In this document: piece after piece, positions 14,180-26,939 of the stretch
Numbering within the stretch: position 1 is the stretch's first letter
Layout of the letters: the number at the start of each line of letters is the position of its first letter
Assembly (NCBI RefSeq): GCF_018977255.1
Contig: NW_024704742.1
Coordinates: 62,188,001-62,252,000, forward strand
DNA: 64,000 bases
Direction of reading: 5' to 3'
Origin: Callorhinchus milii
Taxonomy: Eukaryota
The notes under the pieces: model-generated
The model's input: only the letters and a program-made list of their open reading frames with translations
What the model was told of the DNA's origin: nothing
The model's database searches: none
Position numbers and translations under genes: made by a program

Positions 14180-14415
14180 ATGAAACTGCTGATCGTGGTT
14201 GTGCTCGTGTGCAGTTTGCTGGCTGCTGATGCCAGTCCTGCCAATCGTCTCTCATGTTACAAGAAGCTGCTGAAGGACCTGAACTGCCACAACATCCCCG
14301 AGGGCACCGAGCATTTGCGACCCATAGACGAGGGTCTGGACGGTCACTTCTGGGATGGGGACAACTGCGAAGTCGTCTGTTTCTGCAATTTCAGGGAGTT
14401 GCTCTGCTGCCCCAA
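14180..14415 (+). CDS. SCRG1: Scrapie-responsive protein 1 / stimulator of chondrogenesis 1, coding exon 1
   Basis: ATG at 14180 gives [42 protein letters not shown]...HFWDGDNCEVVCFCNFRELLCCPK: a signal peptide plus the SCRG1 cysteine pattern (human [23 protein letters not shown]...HFWDG..CNFSELLCCPK, from memory). Acceptor TTCTCACAG ends at 14172; donor GTAGGT at 14416 (phase 2). Confidence 0.96.
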
Positions 14416-15382
14416 GTAGGTCACCTTCTTGCCACTAGGGTGCACGCCTGAGCATCGCCACAGCTAACCATGTACTGTATTAAGATTTCCAGCCCCAAAA
14501 AACCTTGACATTCAGAATCACTTACTCATTCACCATTGACAAATTTTCCCCAATTAGCCTAACACCGTTTCTCCCACAAAATATACAGTCAATTCACTTT
14601 ACAGTATATTCTGTGAAGCGCTTTGAGGCATCTCGACAAAGTGATGATGTGCTTTATCAAATGCAAGGATTTATATTATTATTACTGAGTTGCAAATGAG
14701 CACTATAACAACAACAACTTGTATTTATATAGCGAGTTATATAGCAAGTTTCTCTTGAATTTAAAAGAAAGAGTAATACGCAGAGGCACAGAATCACTAT
14801 CGATTGACAAAATTATGTTGAAACCAAGACCAGATCGGCCCGTTCAGGCGGATTTTAAAGATCTCATGTCTCTAGTGAAAAAACGATCAGGGAGTTCCTT
14901 GTGTCAAAGCCAACAATCTCCAAATATAATTGGTCATCCACTTTGTGGCTGTTTGTGGGACACTGCTGTGCACAAATTGGCTGCCACATTTGCTTACAAA
15001 CTACCATCATTACACTTTGAGACTCTTGATATGAAAGGCACTATATGAAATGCAAGGATTATTATTACAGTATTATTAAAAGCAAGGATTCTTCTTCTTA
15101 TAAAATGAAGAATAAAATGTCACTGCACTTAATAACAATTAGTTGTTAAGTGCTTTGAGACATTTTGGCATTACAGACACACTATCAAATGCAAGGATTA
15201 TTTGTTTTATATTCTTGCTTATTTCAAAGGACAGACCACTCAAAAGTATTTTTTATTTACTTGCTCTTAAGAGTAATAATTGCAAACTCAGGGGTATAGG
15301 GAAAGGGCATGTAAATGGGACTTAAAGGAATGACCTTACAAGAGCCAGCACAAATCAGATGAGCTGAATGGCCTTCTTCTTG

Positions 15383-15603
15383 CCTCCTCCCTTTCCTCCT
15401 TTAAGGCCGGTCTCAAGACCTTTCTCTTTGACGGTGCCTTCAGCTCCCCTCTCGACTCTCTACCCCCTCCTCACTCCCTCCCTCCCTTCCCTCCCCTCAC
15501 CCTGACCGTTTTACCCCGGCTCGGGTCCTGACCCAACTGTCCAGCGCCTTGGGACGTCCTCCCGACGTGAAAGGCGCTTTATAAATGGAATCTTGTTGTT
15601 GTT
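15383..15603 (+). mobile_element. Young L2 3'-end fragment
   Basis: Near-identical to the reverse complement of 33678-33895; ends CTTGTTGTTGTT. Confidence 0.85.
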
Positions 15604-18334
15604 CTTCTGTGCTATAAATTTTGATGGGTCTATGGTCCACTTGATGACTCATTGGGATTTTTTTTTGGTCAGCCGGGTATCTGACACATGCGGAAACCCA
15701 TCATCATGCTTAAAAGTATCCAAACCAAGCTGAGATTTCCATGAATCCTGCCTGTCCAGAGATAGATTGTTGGAATGGAATGTGCACTCTCTCCCTGGAG
15801 GACACATCCTGCTTACATAATTCTGGAAAGTATTTGGTACAGTTTGGTTAAGAGCCAATGCTTGGGGACCCTAGAGTGTATGTTGAGGTACTACTGGAGT
15901 CTAACCAGCTAAATTGATATTGCTGTCTGGCAAGCTTTGCCACTGCTTATCCGGCTTGGACCACCCTACCCATTAGGGCTTTGGTTTGAAGGTTAACAGG
16001 AGCTGTCAAGGATTCCCCAGTGACTGGTCTGCCCTTCCAGGTCCTGTTGATGAGCCAGGCTGGGTGTGCTGTCATCAGCAGTGCCCTGGAATACTGCGGA
16101 CCCACCTGGCTCGGGAACCGGACTACCGGGACTGCCATAGTGGGCTGGCTCAATTCAGACATTCCATTGACAAACATGTCACCATTTTCCCAAACTCATT
16201 GGGAAATGATGTGAAGTATGGATACCGTGAAGATTCCAGGTTTGAGTACTGGTCTGTGCTGTTTTCGCATCCCAGCCAAGCCCAGCAGTGGAGCCACCAA
16301 CCGTTAACCCCTGTTTTGTATCATTGGGCCAGCAAAGGAAAGTGAATCAGCCAAGGTTCCTGCTCCAGGATTCAGTAACACATGATTCAAAGTCTGCCAG
16401 TAGGATATCATACAAGGACACAATTTCCTCAAGTGATTTTTGCATGAGGAACATTTTTCAAGTCAGATCTGAAAACATTTCTTCACATAGAGGGTTGTGA
16501 GACTCTGGCTGTTTGTAGGACATTGCTGTGTGAAAATTGGCTGTGGTGTTTGCTAGCACAAACCCATTGGCCAGCTCCTTGGCTCAACCTGCAACTGATA
16601 CTCTATTTAGATAAGCAGGTTGGTCCCTCAGGGAGAGATAGCCTCAGGGAAATTTCCATATGTAGATGACATACTTTTGTAGACCATTCAGTCTGGTTTG
16701 GATACTCTAGTGATGGGCATGTTTGTAGACAAATGCAGTTTCTATATTTACCAAGACATCTCTGAAGCGCTTTGAGATTTTTTTACGTGATGAGTCCGTA
16801 TTTCAAATGCAATATATTAACAAATGCTTTGTTCTGCTCTCTCTTCTCCCTCACCCCTCTCTCTCTCAGTCTCTTCATCAGCTGGATGGACATATGTGGT
16901 TTGCCTTGGATTTCTGCCACTGCACCACCAACTGTTTAGGAAATACATCTGGCTAGGAACAGGCTACAGTAGCCTGCTCAGCAAGTTCAGATTAATTGTA
17001 CCCTCACTCAGAATCGAGTAAAAAAGTAATGGATCTTTTTCTTAAATGTGATGTATTTTATTATACATTAAACATTAAACATCTTTGAGACGTCTCAAGT
17101 GCTTCACAGAATATACTGCAAAGTGAATTGACTGTGTATTTTGTGAGCAAAATACGGCAGCCAATTGCACACAGCAGTGTCCCACAAATAGTCGTTTAAT
17201 TTATTATTCGATAGTCGATCAATTTATTATTATTATTGAGATTGCCTTTACTGTAGATGATGGATTAACTGCAGCTAATGATGCTGATGAACAACTACAC
17301 TGTACTATAACGTGGCCTTATGAAAAAAATCTCACTCTAACTTTCTCCCATCTCTCCTCAAAAGGAGAAAAACCTTACAATTTTGTTATAGTGCCTTATC
17401 AAACTTTTCAAATCGCGTCACAGGAAATTATAGTCAAGTGTAGTAACTGTTTATGTCTGCCACTGCAGCAGCCATTTGCACCAGTAATGCCTCACAAAGA
17501 GACAAATTAGGTGATTGACCAGTTAAACTCAAGTATGAGATGTGTGACATTCCTTATCTTTATATAAACACTACATCTTGAATGCACCAATAATTTGCAA
17601 TTTATTACACATAACTATATATGCATTTCAATATTCGCTATAGCAAAATAGAAACAATGCATATTGTTATAGGTGCAAGGGATTTGAATTTTGGTGGAAG
17701 AACTCTAAGTAGACAAGATATATCCAACTTCTGTGTTGTCAGGCCGCTGCTGATATCACTTCCTGCACACTGCACAAGAAGTGATGCCACTTCTTTAGAA
17801 AAGTGATGGCAGCAACAGCCTGTGACCCAGAGGTCAAAATCAGAAGCCAGGTGTACTGTATTTCCGGTTAGGATTGGTTCACAGGACTCGAGCGCGATGA
17901 GGAAAGCCACACTATGCCTGGACCTATTATAATGGGATTGCCCTGTATGACATATTGTGATTTTATTTGATGGGGGAGGTATTCCGATGATTGAAAAATT
18001 GTGAGAAAATTTACAATCTGACCAATAAATTGTTCCTTAAATTTGATCTTCACCGTACATTATTGTTTAATTTCTTTGTGTTCTTTAAATTCCAAGGAAA
18101 GTAAAAATTGTAGAAATCTCGAACATAATTACACGCTTTCACTAACATATGGCACAAAGAGTAAATCTAATAAACTGCCAGAATTCAATCATGTACCTTG
18201 GGTACAAGAGAACACACTAGTGTGGTCCATTGAATTATTTCACAAATCAATACTAAAATATGCGCTGGAAGGAATTGAGAAGAGGGTGACATTTATTTAT
18301 CTCCATAACACTACTGAATCTTGTTCTATTTCAG

Positions 18335-18401
18335 AAACATATTCTTTGGACCAAAGATTTCGTTTGTGATTCCCTGTAAAATACAACAGAGAGAAATGTA
18401 A
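18335..18401 (+). CDS. SCRG1: SCRG1 last coding exon
   Basis: Acceptor TTCTATTTCAG, then A completes the split Lys codon and the exon reads NIFFGPKISFVIPCKIQQREM* (human DVFFGPKISFVIPCNNQ*). Total 100 aa. AATAAA candidates near 18826-18836 and 19092. Confidence 0.96.
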
Positions 18402-20189
18402 CAAGTGGAAGAAAAACAAGCTGAAAAAAGAAGCAATCATGTGGGGGCAACTCATAATAAGTGTTTTCTAATGTTCTGTGATTTTTTGGGGAAAAAAGCA
18501 TTTATACAAGTAAACACTGCCACTAAATACAACAGGTGCTCTTTTTATAATTACTTTCCTGTGAATCAAAGAGAACTTTGTAAAATTATTTTCTATGTTT
18601 GTAATTCACAAAGTTACCTAGTGTAAACACTAAAATATACTCAACTGTATACACGTTAATTAATACCACACTTACAGATAGAATAATGGTCTTGGTTGTA
18701 TACTCGGAAAATATTTTTTCCCTGCAAGATGTTTTCATAAAAATAATGCATTAATAAGCTGTAAGTGGTGCAAGATGTGATTCTCATTTAGTGTTTTCTT
18801 TTTCAAAACTTACTTTCTAAACTTTAATAAAATAAAGTGCAGATTTGTTTAAGACGTTGCTGTCTTTGCAAACCAATTATGCAAATGCACACTGATATTG
18901 CAGTCATATATTCCCAGCAAAACCTAATATACTATTGTGAAATGTACAGTCAAGTAACATTGCCAATATGATGCTTTTTAGGAGTGGTTTTAACATTTAT
19001 CGGGAATAATTTAGAACACAACACCCTGTTTCATATATTGTCATATTACATATTAATTCAGGATTGTTGTAATATTGTAATTACATGCTTCAATAAAATT
19101 GTAAATCTGTTCTCGGCATATATTTGTTCAATATACAGTTAGTCAGAATAATATTTTAAGAGCCTGGTATTAATATGGGGGAAGATTTGATCTGATTTTG
19201 GAAGATCCTATTGTTTAGTTTTGTTGTTGTGATAATTTGCTACAAAATTTGTCATAGGTTCCAAGAAAGAGTTGGGCTTATTGCTCTGTGCAATAATGTA
19301 CAGAAAACAATTTCTCCTGTATTTCAAAACTCATATTCTATCCCTGTACTTGTATCTCTTGTTCATCGGTTTACTCTAAGTTTTGGTCATTCTTGCTTCT
19401 CCTATTTCAATGGGAACATAAGCATATTACAAAACGTCCATGCAAAGCCATAAAACCCACTTTTTTCACAAACCACCCAAAAGTGTGCATTATCAAGGAC
19501 TTTCTCTCATCCGACTATATCTCCTTTTCAAAAGTTATGCCTAGAGACTTTCTGGAGCCCGAAACCAATCAAGCAAAAACTCCACAATATTTTTCATCCA
19601 CAGAAAACATTCCCTATTCCCTTAATCCAGCAACACAGAAAGCATCAAATCCCATGAAGGATTTATTTATTTATTTATTTATCCAGTTTTTATTTACCTT
19701 CTAAACTTTAAAGAATAAAATGCAGATTCCAACCCCCAGCTTGTGTGCAAATTCTTAACTGTCCAGCACCTTGGGACATCCTTCCAATGTGGAAGACGCT
19801 ATATAAATGTAATTGTGTTGTTGTTTCCTTTGTTTCTATTTAATCCTGTGTCTGAGTTCCACATCCTATTTGCTGGTTGATGCTATCCATTACACTCACT
19901 CTTTATTGCTCGCCGATTCATTGTCCCAGTCTAATATCCTGTTTATGCTGAGACCTGGTGCCTTGATCCAGGCTCAGCACTCAGGTTGACCACCTGCTGG
20001 TTTATGAAACTGTTCCATTTAATTTGAGGTTTCACAATGCCTGGTGAGAAAATTAAACATGGCTGCCACTGCCTTGATCTCCTGTGATTGACATCTAATT
20101 TTTCCTCCCAAGTTACTTAATGCATTCCTCGTGTTAGTTGCATTGTTTTAAATAATGCAAAGAAAAACAAATCTGAAGTCTTACATAGT

Positions 20190-20563
20190 GGAGTCCTGTA
20201 GCTCAGTGGTTAGAGCACTCACCTCGCAAGTGAGAGACCTGGGTTCGATTCCCAGCAGGCCAAAACATTGGGCAAGTTTGCTTACTTCACACGTCTCTGT
20301 TTACCAGTAGTAAATAGTAATAGGAACCCAGTTGTTAGTCGATTGGCGGATCGCTTTTCCGGGGAAAATAATCACTCAAAAAAAACAATAATAATTTGGT
20401 CACTCAATTCACGACTGTTTGTGGGACACTGCTGTGGGCAATTGGCTGCCACGTTTCACCCAGAAATATACAGTCAATTCGCTTTACTCTGTGAAGTGCT
20501 TTGAGGCGCCTAGAAGACATGAAAAGTGTTATATCAAATGTAAGGATTATTGTAATTATTATT
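20190..20563 (+). mobile_element. Full-length tRNA-derived SINE
   Basis: A box TAGCTCAGTGG, B box GGTTCGATTCC, conserved body and ...ATATCAAATGTAAGGATTATT tail; many copies in the window. Confidence 0.9.
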
Positions 20564-20848
20564 ACTGAGAGCAGGAAACACCATGCTTCCCCTTACTATC
20601 TTTACCACAAAATGGATTACAGTACATGGAAGACAAACAAAGGAAAGTTATTTATGGTTGAAATGATTGTTGAAAACTGGGAAGTTTTTCAGAGAAGGGG
20701 CAAACTGTTCAACCAGGATAGAGTATAATAGGCAAGTCGGCAATGGATTCAAAATTACAATACCAGAAATATTTTGATTGGGAAACCCAGCATGGTAGAT
20801 TACCCAAATATTGTACATGATGATATAAAAGACGAGCAAAAAAACTGT

Positions 20849-21192
20849 GGAGTCCTGTAGTGTATTGGTTAGACCACTCACCTCGCAAGCGAGAGGACCT
20901 GGGTTCGATTTCAGGGCAAGGCGAAATGTTAGGCAAGTTTCCTTACTCCACACGCCTCTATTTACCTAGCAGTAAGTAGGAACCTGGTTGTTAGTTGATT
21001 GGCGTTTCGCTTTTCCAGGGGCAATAATTCTTTCAAAAAAAAAAAAAAACCTCCCCCTCCCCCCAATAATTTGGTCACTCAATCCACAACTGTTTGTGGG
21101 ACACTGCTGTGCGCAAATGGCTGCTGCGTTTTGCCCACAAAATATACAATCAATTCACTTTATTTACTGTGAAGTGCTTTGAGACGTCTCAA
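20849..21192 (+). mobile_element. tRNA-derived SINE
   Basis: Same family as 20190-20563. Confidence 0.88.
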
Positions 21193-22331
21193 CGTGTCAT
21201 CAGCAACATACAATTAGCAGATGGTCAGAGGCAACACTTGGAACTCCAGGTTTGCCAGCTTCAGACATAATTGTGACCTTCATAATTGATATTCACAAAC
21301 TGGAAGTTGCCCTTTAATGCAGTAAATGTTGCAAATTAAACCCAAACAAATAACTTTTGTGTTTGATTTAGACCCTTTCACATTAGGAGGACGTCTCAAA
21401 GCATCAAAGCATTGCAGGGAATTACTGTAAAGTACAGTGATCATAATCTTGTGAAGCCAAAAGTGTCAGCCAATCGGAAATGGGACCTTGGGTTTCATGT
21501 GTCATCCAAAGACCACACTGCACTGGAGTGTCAGGTCAAAGTACCTAACGTGGGGTTTGAATCCACAACTGTCAGACTTGGACGTTGCTACCGACTGAGC
21601 CAGGCTGACATTTGACTTTTAAAAGTTCTAAAAGAGGAACATTTAAGTGATACAACAAGGTGCGTTATCTTTGCTCATTTATACATGTCTATGTGTGAAA
21701 AGGAAAAAGAACACCAAATAAAAATCACATACAGTTGATTACATGATTAACTTGTTCAATCTATTCTATTGAGGCATTTAGCAACATACTGGCTATTAGA
21801 TGCATGACCCACAGGTTGCCTACGTTAACCCTGTGTGAACAAAATTACATCAAATTCATGCTCGTAGATCAACATACGTTGCATTGAAAGCACTTCAGAA
21901 AATTAAGACTAAACAGAAAGCATGCCATCAGTTTTCAATATTTCATCAAGCCAAGCATACTGGATGGTCATGAAGGTTTTTGAAAAGCTTATAAATTTTA
22001 ACTCTGTAGGCGTACTCTCCCCTCATACCACTGACTTAACATTGCTGTGCGCAATTGGCTGCCGCGTTCGCCCACAAATATACAGTCAATTCACTTTACA
22101 GTGTGTTCTGGGAAGCGCTTTGGGACGTCCTCCCGACGTGAAAAGCGCTATATCAAATGCAAGGATTATTATTACTCTAACTTGGTGCTGCCAATAGAAT
22201 CCATTATATCAGTTATTATCATCACAGCGACCATTGCTAATTATCAACACTATAACACAAAAGAGTTCTCTGGGGAGGTGGAAGGAAATTAATTCTCAGT
22301 GTAATAGTCCTGTAGAGTGTAATAGTCCCAT

Positions 22332-22645
22332 GGAGTCCTGTAACTCAGTGGTTAGAGCACATGCTTTGCAAGTGAGACACCTGGGTTCAGTTCCCGGCAG
22401 GGCGAAACCTTGGGCAAGTTTCCTCACTTCACAAGCCTAACAATAATCCCTCCAAAAACAAAACAATAATAAATTGGTCATTTTCAATCCATGACTGTTT
22501 GTGGGACATTGCTGTATGCAATTGGCTGCTGCATTTCACCCACAAATATACAGTTAATTCATTTTACAGTCCATTCTGTGAAGCGCTTTGAGAAGTTGAG
22601 AAGGTGTGAAAAGCGCTATATCAAATGCAAGGATTATTATTATCA
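22332..22645 (+). mobile_element. tRNA-derived SINE (short-body variant)
   Basis: Same head and tail as 20190-20563 but lacks the internal GGAACCCAGTTGTTAG segment. Confidence 0.88.
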
Positions 22646-24629
22646 TTGTACATTATTAATTTGTAACTTGTGAAATAAAAGTGCTTTTGGCACAGACACA
22701 ATGGGTTGAATGGCCTCCTTCTGTGCCTTATAATTCTATAACTCTATGATTGTGAAAACACTAGGAGTTATTGGTTTACTGATTACAAAGTATACTGATA
22801 ATAATTGATTGCCAATGCTCCTCCATTTGATCACAAGTGCTTTTTATTGTAAATGGGCACAGAGAGGTATGGCTGGACTTTCTGAATCCCTCTTAGTTTC
22901 CCAGGTTAGTGTGGCAGAAGGCAGACATGTTTGAAGCTGGAAGGGGTGAAAGGAAGTCTAGTTGTGTCATGTACTTGTGCTACTAGGTAAAACCAGAATG
23001 AATGGCCACCCAGTGCATTGGTGCAAGGTGTGAATTTAGCATTGAACTCCACAGATCAGGATGGTCCCAGATTTAATTATGATATATGCTCAATTATCAA
23101 ATCATAGCTGGAGCAGCAGTGAGGATTCTTCATTGATCAGGCTGGACAAGTAGACTCTTTGACTTCAGTCCACTGGGTTTGGGAATGGAAAATTCGCTTG
23201 CAAATTGTTTGCTCAAGAATCCAAATGCAAGGAATCTTACTATTGTGAGTGTGCGTGCGTGCGTATGAGAGGACAAGATTTGAACTAAGCTGTGATAACC
23301 TTCCAGTTGAATAAAAAGTGATAATAATAATCATCAAATTTGATTTCACACCTTTCATATTGGGAGGACACCTCAAAACACTTCACAGGATAAATAATAA
23401 ACTTTGGATTGGGGGATACACTGACCGAATAGGTCTAGATTTATTCTATTGATTTAGCACCTAGAATCTGGCAAATTATTGAATTCCTGTATTAACTATG
23501 TTGTTTTTCTCTAGCTCTTAAAATAACTTAAAATAACTTACAGAAAAATAGCTTTAAAATAAGGACAGTATTTAAGGATTTGCAAAATTCTAGACTCCGG
23601 TGGAATTTTCCCCAGTGCTTCAAATAGTTCATCAGACGTGATTATTAATTGCTGTTTGTATTTAATTGGCTGTATTCTGCTTTCAAGACATGTTTTGAGC
23701 AGTCTGCTGAGGGATTGGAAATTTTGACTGTAGAAAGATCGATTCTCATGAGATTTAGGAACAGATGCATAATTTGGCACTTTACACATTAATTGTCACT
23801 GAGTCAGAGGTAAAACTTTCCCAGTGTCTGCACGTGCGTGAATGTATTCATTATTATAATATTATTAATGTGCCCATTCAGTGCCTGGAATATTCTTAAA
23901 ACTGAAGCAGAGAATTACTTTGTGATAAATATGGTAAGGTATCATCATTTCCTTTGATCCGGCACCATTTTGAGATGAAAAAGCTAAATAAAGCACGTGA
24001 CCAGAGGCTTGGAGTGTTTTGACTGACTTGTTTGGAGAGCAGATACTGCACCTCACAATAATCACACATCATTTGTTTGTCATGCATTTCTTTTGCTTAT
24101 AGTAAAAAAAAAGCCTAAAATCACACAAAAAAGTAAGAAAAACAAATGCATTAGCTGCTTAAAATCTGTTTTTAGCATTAATTAGAAGAGACTTTCCTTA
24201 AAAGTCTGTAACATTTTCCAAACATAGATTTTTATTTGTGTCAACTGGGTGAAACTCACATCACCCTACATAAGAAATCATTTTGGATCTAGCTGAGGCT
24301 CAAAGAAACTCTGCTTGCTTTCACTTCAAGGAAGACAGCAGACACCTGATAAGTGTAGGTTTGAAACCTACAAATAGTTCATGATAACATCAAGACATGA
24401 AACAAATAATTGCAATAGAAAATAGGACACACTTTCTTAGTCTTACCTCCTATAACAGTGACACTTCAAACAACTTAATAGACCAATAAAGGCCATTTTA
24501 ACAAAAATAAGGAATAGGGTATGTTTGTAATCGCAATTTACTGAAAAAATCTACCGTATGTATCTCTTTTCTTTACATTTTTGGTTATCTCACAATTGTG
24601 TTTTTAAAATATTTTCAACTGGTTTTCAA

Positions 24630-24962
24630 TTATTCCCTTGCACCTCCCTACCTATCCAATTTGCTTAACACTCACTCCTCCACCCAGTGCCTCTGCTCAG
24701 CTGGCTCCAGCCTTGTGTTTGTTCCTCATCCCCTCCGCTCCACCATTGGTGGCCGTGCCTTCAGCCACTACGCCCCGAAACTCTGGAACTCTCTCTCTCC
24801 CCACTTTCAAATCCCACCTAAAGACCGTCCTTTTTGATCGTGTTTACGATCACCTCCCCACTCCCTCCCCATCTGGCTCGGGGTCAGACTCCGCCACTGT
24901 GAAGTGCTCTGGGATGCTACCCCCGCATTAAGGGAACTATATAAATGGAAGTTGTTGTTGTT
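24630..24962 (+). mobile_element. L2 3' fragment
   Basis: LAPPYLSNLL...GGRAFSHYAPKLWNSL, a typical L2 ORF2 C-terminus; TTG tail. Confidence 0.8.
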
Positions 24963-25279
24963 GAGTGCTGTACAACCCAATCCTGTCCTCATCCAACATG
25001 ATGCATTGTTGGAGGTGCCGTCTTTTGGATGAGATGTTGAATCGAGGTCCACTCTACTTGTTCAAGTGGACGTTAAAGATCCCATGGCATTATTCACCGG
25101 TGTACTGGCCGACAAATCCCACAATTGGTCACTCACTCTATAGCTGTGTGTGGGACAGTCAATTCATGAACTACGGTCAATTCATTTTGCAGTATATCCT
25201 GCGAACGCTTTGAGCCATCTCGATGACGTGCTAAGGCGCTATATCAAATGCAGGGATTATTATAGTCATCATCAGTAAC

Positions 25280-25610
25280 ATATAGATTTGACACAGAGAG
25301 GAGTCCTGTAGCTAGAATCCTAGTTAGAGCACTCGCCTCGCAAGCGAGAGACCTGGGTTCGATGCCCAGCAGGGCGAAACCTTGGGCAAGTTTCTTTACT
25401 GCACACGCCTGATAATAATCCCTCAAGAAAACGAAACAATAATAATTTGGTCACTCAATCCACGACTGCTTGTAGGACACTGCTGTGCGTAATTAGCTGC
25501 TGCATTTTGCCCACAGTCAATTCACTTTAAACAATATTTTGTGAAGTGCTTTGAGACATCTAGAAGATGTGAAATGTGCTATAGCACATGCAAGAATTAT
25601 TTATTATTAT
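25280..25610 (+). mobile_element. tRNA-derived SINE (short-body variant)
   Basis: Head with CTCGC-CTCGCAA-GCGAG arm, B box and ATT-repeat tail. Confidence 0.88.
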
Positions 25611-25726
25611 TTGTTCCCATGGTTCCTCTCCGGCAGATTTCTGAGCTCAGTTGTTCCACCTAGAGGAATTAGTGGCACATTGCCACTAAATAAACAGAAT
25701 AAATGAACCAGGCCTGTTCATGTGTA

Positions 25727-26610
25727 TCAAAAGCAGAAGTCGCTGGGAACAATCAGCAGGTCAGACAGCATCTATGAAGAAATGAAAGTGAGCCAACGTT
25801 TCAGGCCCACGACCCTTCGTCAGAACTCGGGTATTTTAGCAGAGAGAGGCTTTTAAGGGCAAACAAAGAAGGGGGAGGCAGGGCAAGGAAGACAAAGGAG
25901 AAAAGGGGGTAGAGGACAGTGTATGATGGAATAAAGAGTTGTTAATGATGCAAAATAAATAGGGGATTGCAACAAACCAGGAGAATAGAGGTGTTAATAA
26001 TGCAAAACGGCGGGGGGGGGGGGGGGGGGGGTGCAAAATTGCAAAACAAGCAGACCAGAGAGAGTAAACAACAAGAAGATTGAATTTATAGAGCGCCTTT
26101 CACGTCAGGAGGACATCCCAAGGCGCTGGACAGTTGGGTCGGGACCCGAGCAGGGGGGAAATGGTCAGGGTGAGGGGAGGGAAGGGAGGGAGTGAGGAGG
26201 GGGTAGAGGTCAAGAGGGGAGGTGAAGACACGGTTGAAGAGAAAGGTCTTGAGACCGGCCTTGAAGGAGTAAAGGTGTCTGAGATCAAGATGATGTGGTA
26301 ATGGTCGCAGAAGAGGGGGAAAGGTGAGCTGTTATGGTCTGAAATTATTGAAAACAAATGTCCCTAGCAGATAAAAAAGGTGCTGTTCCTTGAGCTTGCG
26401 CAGTGGTTCATTGGAGCAGTGTAGGAGACCATGGATAGAGAGGTCAGAGTACGAGTAGGAGGGATAATTGAAGTGACAAGAAACCAGAAGCTCAGGGTTG
26501 TGCTTGTGGACAGAAGGGAGATGTTTGGCAAATCGGACACCCAATCTACGTTTGGTCTCCCCGGTGCAGGGGAGACCATATTGTGAGCAGCGAATGTAGT
26601 ATACATTGTA
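25727..26610 (-). mobile_element. Penelope-like element 3' fragment (GIY-YIG endonuclease remnant plus terminal repeat), interrupted by an L2 3' end at ~26067-26270
   Basis: YNVYYIRCSQYGLPCTGETKRRLGVRFAKHL...VSCHFN...RKLKEQHLFYLLGT resembles the PLE GIY-YIG domain; a hammerhead motif lies downstream. Confidence 0.8.
25790..25828 (-). ncRNA. Minimal type I hammerhead ribozyme motif of the Penelope terminal repeat
   Basis: Minus strand reads GAGUU-CUGACGA-A-GGGUC-GUG-GGCCU-GAAA-CG-UU-GGCUC: conserved core, 5-bp stem II, stem I GAGUU/GGCUC, loopless palindromic stem III. Confidence 0.65.
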
Positions 26611-26939
26611 GTCTCTTCTAATTGAAGCCGGCTGGTTTGTCATCAACAGTGGTTCAGGAATTAGACTGCTGAAAAAGCCTGACCTGGTCTTTCGCCCACA
26701 CCCAGCTCTGTGAATTTGCAAATGTATGTGTGTGTGTGTGTGTTGGGTGGGCGGGGGCACAGAAATTCTGCTGCTTAACCCAGGATGTTACATCAATGTA
26801 ATATATGGCTGCCATCCAACTGAGATCAACTTCATTAGCAATTGACTGAGATCTTCCTCATCTATATGAACTTATAAAATCAGTGCTTTTCCATTACAGG
26901 ACACTAATGAGTTACTAAACATGTTTTAGCAATATCTAG

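Noticed and set aside
5618..14229. Long Cys/Val-rich (up to 721 aa) and His/Thr-rich ORFs suggesting a metallothionein- or keratin-like gene
   Set aside because: They are open in all frames because the TG repeat seldom makes stop codons, and 2 bp unit-length changes shuffle the frames. No coding constraint is visible.
20190..20265. tRNA gene (also at 20849, 22332, 25280, 33582, 53981)
   Set aside because: The acceptor stem does not close and each head continues into a shared SINE body and tail, so these are SINE heads.
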